Shown: one piece after another, positions 1 to 9,554 of the stretch
How positions within the stretch are numbered: position 1 is the stretch's first letter
How the letters are laid out: every line of letters begins with the position of its first letter
DNA from: a virus
Virus record (IMG/VR): IMGVR_UViG_3300025108_000029
Coordinates: 13,151-77,150 of that record
Length of the DNA: 64,000 bases
Strand: one strand, 5' to 3'
Notes under the pieces: generated by a model
The model's database searches: none
What the model was told of the DNA's origin: nothing
Seen by the model: only the letters and a program-made list of their open reading frames with translations
Program-made: the position numbers and the translations under genes

Positions 1-2
1 AA

Positions 3-581
3 CAAGAAGCAAAGAAAATACTTGGTAATGTCCGAACAACCTATTCTCCACACGCCCGACACAGCGCAAGGTCATTCACTGCTGGACCAACTGGCGGTGG
101 CCGCTTAACTGGACTACTACCGGGTCAATCCGGCCAAATGCGACAACCGGCTTTGCAAAGACTACGCCGACCTCGTATGCCACGGATGCCACGGATGCCA
201 ACCCCGCAGATGCCATCTATGCCGCAGATGCCCCCGCCAATGAGCAGTGTTCCAAGTATGCCAGCACCATCGTCTTCCATGATGATGAGTGACGAGCGCA
301 CTCAAAGTGATTTACTCAAAGCAAATCGTCATGCTAATCGAACTGAAATGCTTGCACTAATGCGTATGTTAATTCAAGCACAGCGAGCAAAAGCGAGCAT
401 GAAAAAATCAAAACCTAATTTTTATGATGGCAATGTACCTCAACATGCTTCACCTGTTCATAACTACGAGGATGAAGAAGAAAAGAATGACGGCCCTACT
501 CAAAACCTTGAAACTAATTCAAGCCGCTTAGGACTCGACCCTGCGGGTTATTTATCCGGTAAGCGGGGGCATTCGGGATGA
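3..581 (+). CDS. 5'-truncated Pro/Met-rich low-complexity protein (probably head-associated)
   Basis: Frame of the 138..581 ORF is open back to base 3 (QEAKKILGNV...). Contains PRM/PQM repeats and DLLKAN. Its stop overlaps the next ATG (ATGA). Confidence 0.7.
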   Translation, partial: QEAKKILGNVRTTYSPHARHSARSFTAGPTGGGRLTGLLPGQSGQMRQPALQRLRRPRMPRMPRMPTPQMPSMPQMPPPMSSVPSMPAPSSSMMMSDERTQSDLLKANRHANRTEMLALMRMLIQAQRAKASMKKSKPNFYDGNVPQHASPVHNYEDEEEKNDGPTQNLETNSSRLGLDPAGYLSGKRGHSG

Positions 582-2755
582 TTTTTGTCAAGGGTCGTTT
601 AATCCGAAAAGCATGGGGTATGACAGCCCATACACCGGAACACGGCTCGACAATGATTCGTAATCCACCTGCAACTGCATTTACACCACCTACAGAAGAA
701 GACATACCTGCTTTTGCACATGACGGTCATGGGGGTATTATACCGGGTGAATGGCAAAGCGGCGACCACGGTGAGCGTCATTGGGTTACTTCTGTTGGTA
801 GTTACCAACACGGTATTGATGCGGCTGTTACTCGTTTGGGTTGGTTTTTGAAAAAATATAAGAAAGACGCTAATCCTGTAGATATTATCAATCAAGCAAT
901 TACTAATTTTAATAAAAATCATACAAGTCATAAAGGTTTAGATGATTTAACACAGGGCGACCATTACTTACCACCTTTTGAAAGTATGGCTTGGAGAAAA
1001 ATTAGAGCAAGTATGTTACCTCCCGGTGGTAGTACACGAGAGATGTCCGACCGAGCAACCAAAACAAAAAATAATACTTTAATTACTCATTATACAAATA
1101 AAAACATTGATGGGCCGATGGGTCGTTTTGTAGAATCGGGGGCTATTCCTTTTAATGACGAACTGCAACACATCCTTGAAGACGAATACGACTTACCTTT
1201 TGATGTATCAAAACAACTTTCTTTTGTTCAAAAACCATACATCTACGCTCGTGAATTAGCACCTCAAGGTCGAATTGAGGCTTCATATCAAGAACACCCT
1301 GCGGATATATCACCAAAACAAATGGCAGGTGCGCCGGATGATTACTTTAATGAGCAAATACCAGTGTTTACCCATTCAGTTGCCCACCACTTACCCGACA
1401 TCATGTATTATCCCCATGTTGATGTACACGGTACAAAAACCGGTGGAAAACAAAACTTCGACCAAGAAGCAGGATTATACTCAATGGCTGAAAGAGCAAT
1501 TGATAAAGCATTAGAAAGTGGTATTGAAAACATTCCCGATGTCCCTGCAACAATTAACATTGGAACAATGGGTAGCCCCGAAATGATTCAACGCCCTCTT
1601 CGTGAGATTCTACAAGACCCTGCGATGAAAAGAAAATTGATTGAAGACATGGCTCATGTTCCAGCAATGATGTTTTTATTTGGTCGAAGTAATCAAGGTA
1701 ATTTCAAAAAACAATTTGACCGTTTAATGGAGATACACGGTGCTGGTGAAGAAGGTTTGTCTTACGACCAACACAAGCAGTTTTTCAAACCCGGTGCTGG
1801 TGGTAATAAAGGTAGGCATCTGTCAGCGGCTCGACTGATGGCTCTTGCACATAAATCCGGTGCTGATGATGACGACCCCGAAAGAAGTAAAATTGGCACA
1901 CATCCTATTACCAGTGAAGAATTAAGTGCTTTCAATGTCAATTATAATGAAAACCTCATGGGTCAAGTTGACCGCTTCCGTGGTATCATTGAAGCGTTGG
2001 CCGACCATCAATCCGAAGCACAGGGCCATCCTGTAAAAATGGCACTTGGTGATATTAACACGAAACCAATGCAAGGTATGACTTTTGCTAATTACCCTGT
2101 AGAGGGTGAGGATGTGTCACTTGAGCCACACATGGATGCCTACCTTCATGGAGTTGAAGACTTTGCTGATGCAAGTTCTATGCCAGTCCCGCCGGAATCT
2201 ACCTCCGCTACTACCGTAGATAAACCGGTTCCTTCACCGCCTCTTACCGGCGGGACACCCCCTCAAAGGGTTGGTGTAGTTCCTCAAGGACCACCGGCTA
2301 CGCCTCTTGACCCGACATTTCAAAGACTTAGACCGCAAATTGCTCAACAAACCCCGGAACAATTTAGAGAAATGATGGATGCTGGTGGTAGAGGTAGAAA
2401 CCCAAGTTTACCTCCCGAAGAGTTCCTTACACCCGTTGAAGCAAGAGCGCAACAGTTACTTGCTGACCCACGGCAACAATTACTCGACCAATACATGAGA
2501 AGTGAGGATGCACACCTATCAGTCATGGATAGAGTGATGAAAGCATTGGAAAGAATGCAACAAGAAGAAGCAGGTTTTGACGGGATTAAAATTAACAGTA
2601 ATCTTAACACCCCACACGCACTGGCGAAACATGTCGGGCTGACCGCAAGTGAAGTGGTGACAATCAACCAAACAATGGGTGATTGGCATAACATCGCTAA
2701 GTCCTACAATGTAGATGCAAAAATTGTCAAGGTTATCAAAACCAATATGAGGTGA
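578..2755 (+). CDS. Hypothetical 725-aa protein, putative internal/head-associated protein
   Basis: Long ORF coupled to the upstream gene. N-terminus MIFVKG..LIRKAW, Pro-rich linker, possible C-terminal HTH-like helices. Confidence 0.75.
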   Translation: MIFVKGRLIRKAWGMTAHTPEHGSTMIRNPPATAFTPPTEEDIPAFAHDGHGGIIPGEWQSGDHGERHWVTSVGSYQHGIDAAVTRLGWFLKKYKKDANPVDIINQAITNFNKNHTSHKGLDDLTQGDHYLPPFESMAWRKIRASMLPPGGSTREMSDRATKTKNNTLITHYTNKNIDGPMGRFVESGAIPFNDELQHILEDEYDLPFDVSKQLSFVQKPYIYARELAPQGRIEASYQEHPADISPKQMAGAPDDYFNEQIPVFTHSVAHHLPDIMYYPHVDVHGTKTGGKQNFDQEAGLYSMAERAIDKALESGIENIPDVPATINIGTMGSPEMIQRPLREILQDPAMKRKLIEDMAHVPAMMFLFGRSNQGNFKKQFDRLMEIHGAGEEGLSYDQHKQFFKPGAGGNKGRHLSAARLMALAHKSGADDDDPERSKIGTHPITSEELSAFNVNYNENLMGQVDRFRGIIEALADHQSEAQGHPVKMALGDINTKPMQGMTFANYPVEGEDVSLEPHMDAYLHGVEDFADASSMPVPPESTSATTVDKPVPSPPLTGGTPPQRVGVVPQGPPATPLDPTFQRLRPQIAQQTPEQFREMMDAGGRGRNPSLPPEEFLTPVEARAQQLLADPRQQLLDQYMRSEDAHLSVMDRVMKALERMQQEEAGFDGIKINSNLNTPHALAKHVGLTASEVVTINQTMGDWHNIAKSYNVDAKIVKVIKTNMR

Positions 2756-2759
2756 TATA

Positions 2760-3521
2760 ATGTCAAATAAAATATTGGTAAAACAAAGCGGCCCAACTGT
2801 TTTTCAATCTGTTGGACCTACAGGTACTCGCCCTTCTTTTATGGACATGGCTCGCACCACCTTTGCCCCTCGTGGACAAGTAGGTGTGGGTCAAAGACTT
2901 AGAGGGCTTGCTGGTATGGCGGGTAAAGGTGCGGCGGCGGCGGTTACTGCTCAACAGACAGCAGAACGAATGCAAGCCGGTGATGCATCAGCCCCACTTC
3001 AAGCAGGTATAACATATCAAGGTATAGACCCCACTGGAACTATCAATCCAAATATCGGTGAACAAATGTACAAACCCGGTCAACCTCAAGTATTACCAAC
3101 TCCGCCAAATCCCGCCGGTATGCAACCTAATACTACAGGTCAAAGACCCGGCGCAGTAGGAGTAGCACCAACCAATAGTACTTTTACATCACCTATTGAT
3201 ATGTCACAATATCCATCAATTGCTCATCAGTTTGACCCTAATCATTACATAAATCAAACTCTACAATTACATCAAGACGCAGTAACGCCGCAAGTACTCG
3301 CAGAACAACAACAAATGGGTGATGTTTTGGCGCAACAGGGTGGTAATCAGTCAGCATCACCCGGAGGAACAGGTAATATGGGTAGTGTTTTGGCGACACA
3401 ACAGATTAGAAACGCATTCGTTGGCACTCTATTCGATAAACTTGGACCGGACATGGTGTACAAAATGACTCCACATGAAATAGGTACTGTATCAGCACTA
3501 ATGCACTTAAAATTGAGTTGA
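2760..3521 (+). CDS. Gly/Gln/Pro-rich hypothetical protein
   Basis: SD GAGGTGA upstream; low complexity; N-terminus MSNKILVKQ. Confidence 0.75.
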   Translation: MSNKILVKQSGPTVFQSVGPTGTRPSFMDMARTTFAPRGQVGVGQRLRGLAGMAGKGAAAAVTAQQTAERMQAGDASAPLQAGITYQGIDPTGTINPNIGEQMYKPGQPQVLPTPPNPAGMQPNTTGQRPGAVGVAPTNSTFTSPIDMSQYPSIAHQFDPNHYINQTLQLHQDAVTPQVLAEQQQMGDVLAQQGGNQSASPGGTGNMGSVLATQQIRNAFVGTLFDKLGPDMVYKMTPHEIGTVSALMHLKLS

Positions 3522-3525
3522 TAGT

Positions 3526-5016
3526 ATGGGAGATGACATGAATGCGTTTATCCAAGAAATGGATAGCAAAATGGCGGCAAAGTCATTCAAGTACTTCTTT
3601 ACAGAAATACTGGGCTTTCATTACAGTCATCACCATGAATCATGGGAAACAGGACTAAACGAACACCGTTACTACTGTGTTAAAGCAAGTCGGGACCACG
3701 GTAAATCCACTTTGTTTATGGCCTATGCTCTTTGGATAGCCGCATTCAAACCGGGAACACACATCATGATTTTTTCTCACTCCCTTGAACAGACACTTGA
3801 ACACATGCGATTTATCCGCAATAACATTGAGAGTGCTGACATTTTGCGACACCTAAAGCCCGAAGGTGGGCGACCGTGGGCTAAGTCTTACTTTGAGTTC
3901 ACCAACGGTAGCCGTCTAATGGCTAAGTCGGTTGGTGGTGCAACTCGTGGTTTCCACCCCGATGTGGTAGTATGCGACGATATTCTTTGGGGTACAACTG
4001 GTGGAGAACTACAGCGAGCCGCTGACTGGTTCTACGGTGTTTTACTCCCTGTTCTGCACCACTCATCTCGTTTGATGATGGTAGGTACACCGTTCAGTTA
4101 CAACGATTTGTACGCCGAATTGGAAGAAAAAGAAACATTCCGTGTCGAGACATACCCTGCAATTGACGGTGAAGGTAACGCTCTTTGGCCGGAACGGTGG
4201 AATCTCGAAGCACTTGAACAACGGCGTATGTCAATGCCCGCTATCCAATTCAGCCGTGAATACCTGTGTGAACCTATTCACGATGTTGCGAGTATGTTCC
4301 CCGCTACTATTCTCAATGAGGCTCGTAACACAGATTTGGTATTACTCGATAGGGCTGATACCGAGTATGATGAAGAGGGTAATCCCGCTGGCGTATTCGG
4401 TCAACACTTTATCGGATGGGACACAGCAATCGCTTCGGATAAGAACGCTGACTACACAGCCATGCTTGTTTTGCGTACACCGCCCGGTGAGAATGTAAAA
4501 CAAATTGTTGGCATAGTTCACGAGAAGGGACTTGGTGGTTTGGCACAGAAAAAACACATTCTTACTCTCAACAGTCGTTTTCAGCCGGATTTAATTGAAC
4601 TTGAAGGTAACAATTTTCAGCGAATGTTTGCCGCTGAACTTCAAGACATGAGAGGGGATATTCCTATTCGCACCTTTATGACAACTCGCCAGCGCAAAGA
4701 AAGCATGTTCATGTCTTTGCTTATGGCGTTTGAACAAGGACAAATCCAATTACCATATGGTGATGAGCGAAGTCGTACATTTACACATAAATTAGAAGAA
4801 GAACTCAACCGATTCGGTATGCAAAAAAATGGGCGACTTGAATCGGTGGGAACGCACGATGACTTGGCAATGGCACTTGCTTTAGCGAACTGGGGAACGA
4901 AAGAGTTCAAAGGTTCAGTACAACTACTCGATGATATACTACCCGGATTGGATGAGTATATCGGCGGAAAAACACACAGAAACAAAGGAACTGGCGACGG
5001 ATGGTTAATACCATGA
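3526..5016 (+). CDS. terL: Terminase large subunit
   Basis: Walker A ASRDHGKS, Walker B VVVCDD, motif III VGTP, LWPERW, RNase H-type nuclease GWD...DYTA and HDDLAMALALA. Confidence 0.95.
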   Translation: MGDDMNAFIQEMDSKMAAKSFKYFFTEILGFHYSHHHESWETGLNEHRYYCVKASRDHGKSTLFMAYALWIAAFKPGTHIMIFSHSLEQTLEHMRFIRNNIESADILRHLKPEGGRPWAKSYFEFTNGSRLMAKSVGGATRGFHPDVVVCDDILWGTTGGELQRAADWFYGVLLPVLHHSSRLMMVGTPFSYNDLYAELEEKETFRVETYPAIDGEGNALWPERWNLEALEQRRMSMPAIQFSREYLCEPIHDVASMFPATILNEARNTDLVLLDRADTEYDEEGNPAGVFGQHFIGWDTAIASDKNADYTAMLVLRTPPGENVKQIVGIVHEKGLGGLAQKKHILTLNSRFQPDLIELEGNNFQRMFAAELQDMRGDIPIRTFMTTRQRKESMFMSLLMAFEQGQIQLPYGDERSRTFTHKLEEELNRFGMQKNGRLESVGTHDDLAMALALANWGTKEFKGSVQLLDDILPGLDEYIGGKTHRNKGTGDGWLIP

Positions 5017-5046
5017 TTTATCCGTTTAATGAATGGGGATTTTAAA

Positions 5047-5370
5047 ATGAAAGAAGACGATAAAAAGAAAAAGAAAGGTATGGTTGTTGTAATTGCACTT
5101 GGTGGTAAGCCGCCTAAGTCACCGGAACACACCGCTGACCCCGATGAAAAGAAAAAAATGGATGATGCTTGGCGATTTTTGAAAGCATATTACACCGAAG
5201 AACAAGTGGCTGAAATGGAAAATATGTCACCCGAAGACGCATGGAATCGTAAAAATGAAATAACTATGGATAGGAACGATAAATGCATGGGTTGTAATAA
5301 AACACTTAATTTAGGCGACCTTGAATACGGTGCTTGTTTAGAATGTAAAACATCTACAAGCGGTAGGTGA
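5047..5370 (+). CDS. Small protein with AWxxLK tag and C-terminal CxxC..CxxC Zn finger
   Basis: MDDAWRFLKA followed by CMGC..CLEC. Start placed at the second Met, after GGGGA. Confidence 0.7.
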   Translation: MKEDDKKKKKGMVVVIALGGKPPKSPEHTADPDEKKKMDDAWRFLKAYYTEEQVAEMENMSPEDAWNRKNEITMDRNDKCMGCNKTLNLGDLEYGACLECKTSTSGR

Positions 5371-5375
5371 ATGAT

Positions 5376-5570
5376 ATGAGTTGCGATTGCGGTCACTGTG
5401 TAGGCATGGATAGTGCCTTTGATTTTTTAGAAAAGAAACTATGCCCTGCCGGTAAAGCGGCGGCTAAGAAAAAGTTCGATGTTTACCCATCAGCGTATGC
5501 TAATGGATGGGCTGTTCAATACTGCCGTGGTAAGTTTAAAGGAAAAAAGAAAGGGGGTAAGAAAAAATGA
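5376..5570 (+). CDS. Small basic protein, YPSAYANGW family (DUF5872-like N-half)
   Basis: AAAKKKFDVYPSAYANGWAVQY motif recalled from marine viral proteins; SD AGGTGA; N-terminal CDCGHC plus SAFDFLEK. Confidence 0.7.
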   Translation: MSCDCGHCVGMDSAFDFLEKKLCPAGKAAAKKKFDVYPSAYANGWAVQYCRGKFKGKKKGGKKK

Positions 5571-5728
5571 AACTTAAGAAACCCTCTTGCTGTTGCGGTG
5601 GTACAAAGAAAACACCCTGCGTTTGCATGATAGAAGGAAACCAATGTTCCGCTTCTTCTCCGAAGTGTCCCTGTTACGCTCTTATTGACAAACAAAAAGA
5701 CATTAAGAAAATGGTCGGTGTTCTTTGA
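5567..5728 (+). CDS. 53-aa Cys-rich metallothionein-like protein (not in ORF track)
   Basis: Manual translation MKLKKPSCCCGGTKKTPCVCMIEGNQCSASSPKCPCYALIDKQKDIKKMVGVL (8 Cys). Exactly fills the gap: ATGA overlap upstream, TGA-ATG junction downstream. Confidence 0.75.
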   Translation: MKLKKPSCCCGGTKKTPCVCMIEGNQCSASSPKCPCYALIDKQKDIKKMVGVL

Positions 5729-6049
5729 ATGACACGCTGTTCTTGCTGTCATGATGTTCTTATTGTAAAGAACTTGAATCGCTGGTTCAAAGAAAAGTGG
5801 GTAGATGTATCACGCAAGAACAAAGACGGTAAGCATCCACCATGCGGGCGTTCTAAAGCAAGTAAATCAAGCAAAGGCTATCCTAAGTGTAGGCCAAGTG
5901 TCAAAGTCAGTGGTAAAACGCCAAAGACCAGCGGCTCAATGTCCGAGGGTCAAAAGCGAGCCGCTACAAAACGCAAGCGAGCCAAAAAGCAAGGCGTAGG
6001 TGGTAAGCCTACAATAGTCAAGAGTGTTTTGGTGGTAAGGACTAAATGA
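5729..6049 (+). CDS. Highly basic protein, RWFKEKWVD family (DUF5872-like C-half)
   Basis: LNRWFKEKWVD..PCGR..YPKCRP motif; very Lys/Arg-rich. Confidence 0.7.
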   Translation: MTRCSCCHDVLIVKNLNRWFKEKWVDVSRKNKDGKHPPCGRSKASKSSKGYPKCRPSVKVSGKTPKTSGSMSEGQKRAATKRKRAKKQGVGGKPTIVKSVLVVRTK

Positions 6050-6070
6050 TAGGACAATGAGGTAGTCAAT

Positions 6071-7369
6071 ATGTGGGGTAGTGCAATCGTTGGGGATGTG
6101 TATGATGCACCTGCTATTGTTGGTGATGACTTCACTAAAAGTGTGTACAACACTCTCACTCAACATCCCGATTATGTGCATAAGTCTGTACCGGTCAAAA
6201 AAGAATCAAGTTTATTTTTTAATGAAGAGATAAAATCATATAACTTTCCCAAAAATGGTGATGGTTGGCTTGAGTCAACATACGGTAAAAACGCAGATTC
6301 TATAATTCGTATGTGTCGTAAAATGCGAAGAAACGACAAAAGTAATCGAGATATGATTGATGCTATTATTGATGATGTGAGAACCATAAAAGCAATGGAG
6401 GTTGAAGCAACAATTAACAATTTATCATGGAGTGATGGACTACATGACACTATTCGCTACATGGGGTTAAACGACCGTTCATTAAAATCACTGCGAAAGT
6501 TTGGAGAGTCGAGAAGCACAGGACTTCAACAGGCTTGTCAAATGTTCTTGAAAGCCACATCTGTTCTTTCTATGTTAAATGAAATGGATGATTGGGGTGT
6601 AGAAGAACAAGAAAATTGGGTTGATGCTATGCAGATGCGTAAGGATGCTCAAAAAATGTGGCGTGGAACTTTACATCAAATTGATTCTATTTCAAAAGAC
6701 GATAAAACAACATTAGAGTTTGTTTCAAAACAATTGGATGAAAACGGTGAATTGAATAGTCGTGAAATTGTTCGTCGAGGTGTAGGTGTTCTACACAAGT
6801 CCGTTACGCCCAGTAAAGTCGGTATGTTGATAAAAATGTACGGTGAAGAATTAGACATATACCGAGGGCATAGTCGTGGCATGTTTGTAAAAATGGGTAC
6901 AAACGGTTTGATTATCAAAGACATTTGGGCTTATGCGGCAGGTTTTCTTGATGCTGATGGTAGTATATTTATCAGTGAAAGAGGTGAACCAAGAGCGACA
7001 TTTGTAGCAACTGGTGATAGAGGTAAAGACCAATGCGAAAGTTTGCATAAAGCACTTGGATGTGGTCGTTTAGTCCTTAATCAAAAAATACATAAAAATA
7101 GTAACCGAAGTCTTCACCGTCTTGTTTTTCAATCAAAAGACGATTTACGCCAATTACTCAAAGGTATTCTACCACACTTACAAATGAAATCGCTACAGGC
7201 AAAGGCTGTTTTGACATTCATTGATTCAAAAGACAAGTTGAGAAAAGACGAATTACATAAACTCGTAACCTTCAATAATTGGAAAGATGATAAAAAGAAG
7301 GCCGACAACCTCTTGTCTAAGTGGGGCTTGGATGCTGATACCATAGGTGGATTTGCGGAGGGATTGTAA
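6071..7369 (+). CDS. Protein with C-terminal LAGLIDADG endonuclease domain
   Basis: WAYAAGFLDADGSI motif followed by a typical LAGLIDADG fold (LLKGILPHLQMK..QA). SD GAGGT; stop overlaps portal start. Confidence 0.85.
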   Translation: MWGSAIVGDVYDAPAIVGDDFTKSVYNTLTQHPDYVHKSVPVKKESSLFFNEEIKSYNFPKNGDGWLESTYGKNADSIIRMCRKMRRNDKSNRDMIDAIIDDVRTIKAMEVEATINNLSWSDGLHDTIRYMGLNDRSLKSLRKFGESRSTGLQQACQMFLKATSVLSMLNEMDDWGVEEQENWVDAMQMRKDAQKMWRGTLHQIDSISKDDKTTLEFVSKQLDENGELNSREIVRRGVGVLHKSVTPSKVGMLIKMYGEELDIYRGHSRGMFVKMGTNGLIIKDIWAYAAGFLDADGSIFISERGEPRATFVATGDRGKDQCESLHKALGCGRLVLNQKIHKNSNRSLHRLVFQSKDDLRQLLKGILPHLQMKSLQAKAVLTFIDSKDKLRKDELHKLVTFNNWKDDKKKADNLLSKWGLDADTIGGFAEGL

Positions 7370-9144
7370 TGGCAGACGATGATAGTAGAATAAGTAGATT
7401 TTTAGGCGCACTTGGGAAACCATTCAAGCGTAAGCAATCCCCAACTCCTACCATGCCACTTTGGACAAGTGGTATTCAAGAACCAGTTATGGCGCAAGGA
7501 ATTACCATACCTGCTTTGTATGCTGTAAGCACAGAATGTTTGATTCTAAGAACTGTACTTTCAAAAATACGACAAGAGATGTTCCGAAGAGGACATTATT
7601 TTGAAAAGCGTTTTCATAAAAAATGTAACGATTGCGGTGAAGAATACCAACATGATGTTGAGTCTTGTACTACATGTGGCGGGCAAGTGCGTGACCCCGA
7701 CCATGATGAATTAACTTATGTGAAATGGTTACTCAATCAAGAAAACAGTATGGAACAAGCGTTTATTCATATTCTAAATGAAATTGAAAATGACCTTAAT
7801 ATTGTTGATGATGCGTTCTTAATTTTAGTCAAAGAGTATTATATTGACCCCGAATCGAAAGAAGTAGCGTTTTTCCGTGTTAAAGAACTTATTCGTGGCG
7901 ACCCTATTTTCATGCGTATTGTCGCTGACAAGCGTGGTGTTCGTGGTGGGCGATACAAAGTCTGTCGAATCCATAGGGACCAAGTTAAGACACATGCAGA
8001 AAGTGATACCTGTGAAGTATGCGGTAGCGATTTACATGATGTTCATTATGTCAATATGGCCGGTAGTGGTAAAACACAGTATTTCATTGAAGGTGAAGTG
8101 CTTCACTTGAGTAAATACAATCCGTCTAAACTCTATGGTCGTTCACCTGTCAATACAATGTGGCGACAAGCAATGACACTTACAGCAATGGACAACTACA
8201 TGTACACTTCTTATCAAAAGCGAAGAATGCCAAAAGGTATTATTTCAGTTACGACTGATAACCTTGAGTCAATGAAATCGTTTTGGAAGTCTGTTGATGA
8301 AAAAATGGAGCGTGACCCGCATTACATTCCAAAGGTTGGTATTGAAAGTCAAACAGGCCGTGGTGGTGTCAATTGGATTAAGTTTATGGACACCTTAGAA
8401 GAGATGCAATATATCGCTGTTCGTGATGAAATACGCAATCGCATCGCCGCTTACTTTGGTGTGTCAAGCGTCTTTATGGTTGACAGTGGTAAATCCGGTG
8501 GTTTGAGCAATGAAGGTATGCAAATACTTGTTACAAATCGTGCTGTTGAGTTTGGACAAAAAACTTACACCGAAGTTTTGTTTCCTAAAATGCTGAAACA
8601 AATGGGTGTTCACGATTGGAAACTCACACTTTATCCAAATGAAGAAGAAGACGAAATCACTCGACTACGCCGTGATGAACAAGAACTCAATGTTGCACAG
8701 CGTATGACACAACTTGGATTCACTGCTGATTTAATTGATGGTGAATCAAGTAGCGATATTCGATTCGTCTATCGTAAACCTCCACCTCAACCAGCCGCAC
8801 CTCCGGGCGGCGCACCACCTCCGGGCGGCGCACCACCTCCTATGATGCCACCGGGCGGCGGTATGCCACCGCCTATGATGGGTGGCGGTATGCCAATGGG
8901 TGGCGCACCCATGATGAGAGGTATGCCTCCGGGTATGCCAATGGGTGGTATGCCAATGCCACCACCTCAACCGGGTGGACAGGGTATGGGACTTCGTAAT
9001 AGAGGGCCAGCCGCACCTCAACGCCGTACATCGGCTGGTAGTGGCTCTCCTGTAACAAGTGTACAACAAAGAGGGCCACAGCCCTCAATAGGACAACAAA
9101 ATAGTAACGCTCTCATGAATGCAAGAAACTTCAAGGGTGCATAA
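7369..9144 (+). CDS. Portal protein
   Basis: Position between terminase and protease. Motifs LYGRSP, P.GII and IAAYFGVS resemble HK97-type portals. Two Zn-ribbon inserts and a Pro/Gly/Met tail. Confidence 0.85.
   Translation: MADDDSRISRFLGALGKPFKRKQSPTPTMPLWTSGIQEPVMAQGITIPALYAVSTECLILRTVLSKIRQEMFRRGHYFEKRFHKKCNDCGEEYQHDVESCTTCGGQVRDPDHDELTYVKWLLNQENSMEQAFIHILNEIENDLNIVDDAFLILVKEYYIDPESKEVAFFRVKELIRGDPIFMRIVADKRGVRGGRYKVCRIHRDQVKTHAESDTCEVCGSDLHDVHYVNMAGSGKTQYFIEGEVLHLSKYNPSKLYGRSPVNTMWRQAMTLTAMDNYMYTSYQKRRMPKGIISVTTDNLESMKSFWKSVDEKMERDPHYIPKVGIESQTGRGGVNWIKFMDTLEEMQYIAVRDEIRNRIAAYFGVSSVFMVDSGKSGGLSNEGMQILVTNRAVEFGQKTYTEVLFPKMLKQMGVHDWKLTLYPNEEEDEITRLRRDEQELNVAQRMTQLGFTADLIDGESSSDIRFVYRKPPPQPAAPPGGAPPPGGAPPPMMPPGGGMPPPMMGGGMPMGGAPMMRGMPPGMPMGGMPMPPPQPGGQGMGLRNRGPAAPQRRTSAGSGSPVTSVQQRGPQPSIGQQNSNALMNARNFKGA
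8798..8862 (+). repeat. Imperfect tandem repeat (CCTCCGGGCGGCGCACCA units) encoding PPGGAP
   Basis: Directly visible repeats in the portal low-complexity tail. Confidence 0.8.
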
Positions 9145-9187
9145 AGACTCTTAAAGAGCGACAACATGGGATAAGGCAGGGCTGAAT

Positions 9188-9544
9188 ATGGATTTAATCA
9201 AAATGGACCCAATGGCAAGAAAAATGGAAGAACACCAAAAAGCGTTTATCACCGCACTGACAACCGGTGATGCTAATTTGGCAAAACAACATTTGAATGA
9301 AGTACGCAAAGTTGCAGACTACCTTTCCGAAGACTTGTCTGCCGCTATTGCTAAATCGGAAAGTGGACTTTCACAAGGTCCAAACGACATTTACGCAGGT
9401 GGCGCACCAGTTATGAAGTTCGACAACCGACCTGCTTCGGCTCAATCTCTTCAAGGACAGCGACTACAAGGCTCAACTCGTACAGGTGTTAAACCTTCAA
9501 ACTATACTCGTGTAACTGGTACTTTTGGCCGTTACCAACAATGA
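9188..9544 (+). CDS. Hypothetical head-module protein
   Basis: ORF with MDLIKM start and AIAKSE motif. Confidence 0.7.
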   Translation: MDLIKMDPMARKMEEHQKAFITALTTGDANLAKQHLNEVRKVADYLSEDLSAAIAKSESGLSQGPNDIYAGGAPVMKFDNRPASAQSLQGQRLQGSTRTGVKPSNYTRVTGTFGRYQQ

Positions 9545-9554
9545 GGTGTTTATT

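Noticed and set aside
6071-7369. Intein or group I intron around the LAGLIDADG domain
   Set aside because: No Hint motifs (N-terminal Cys/Ser block, C-terminal His-Asn). The flanking terminase and portal genes are intact, and the ORF has its own SD.
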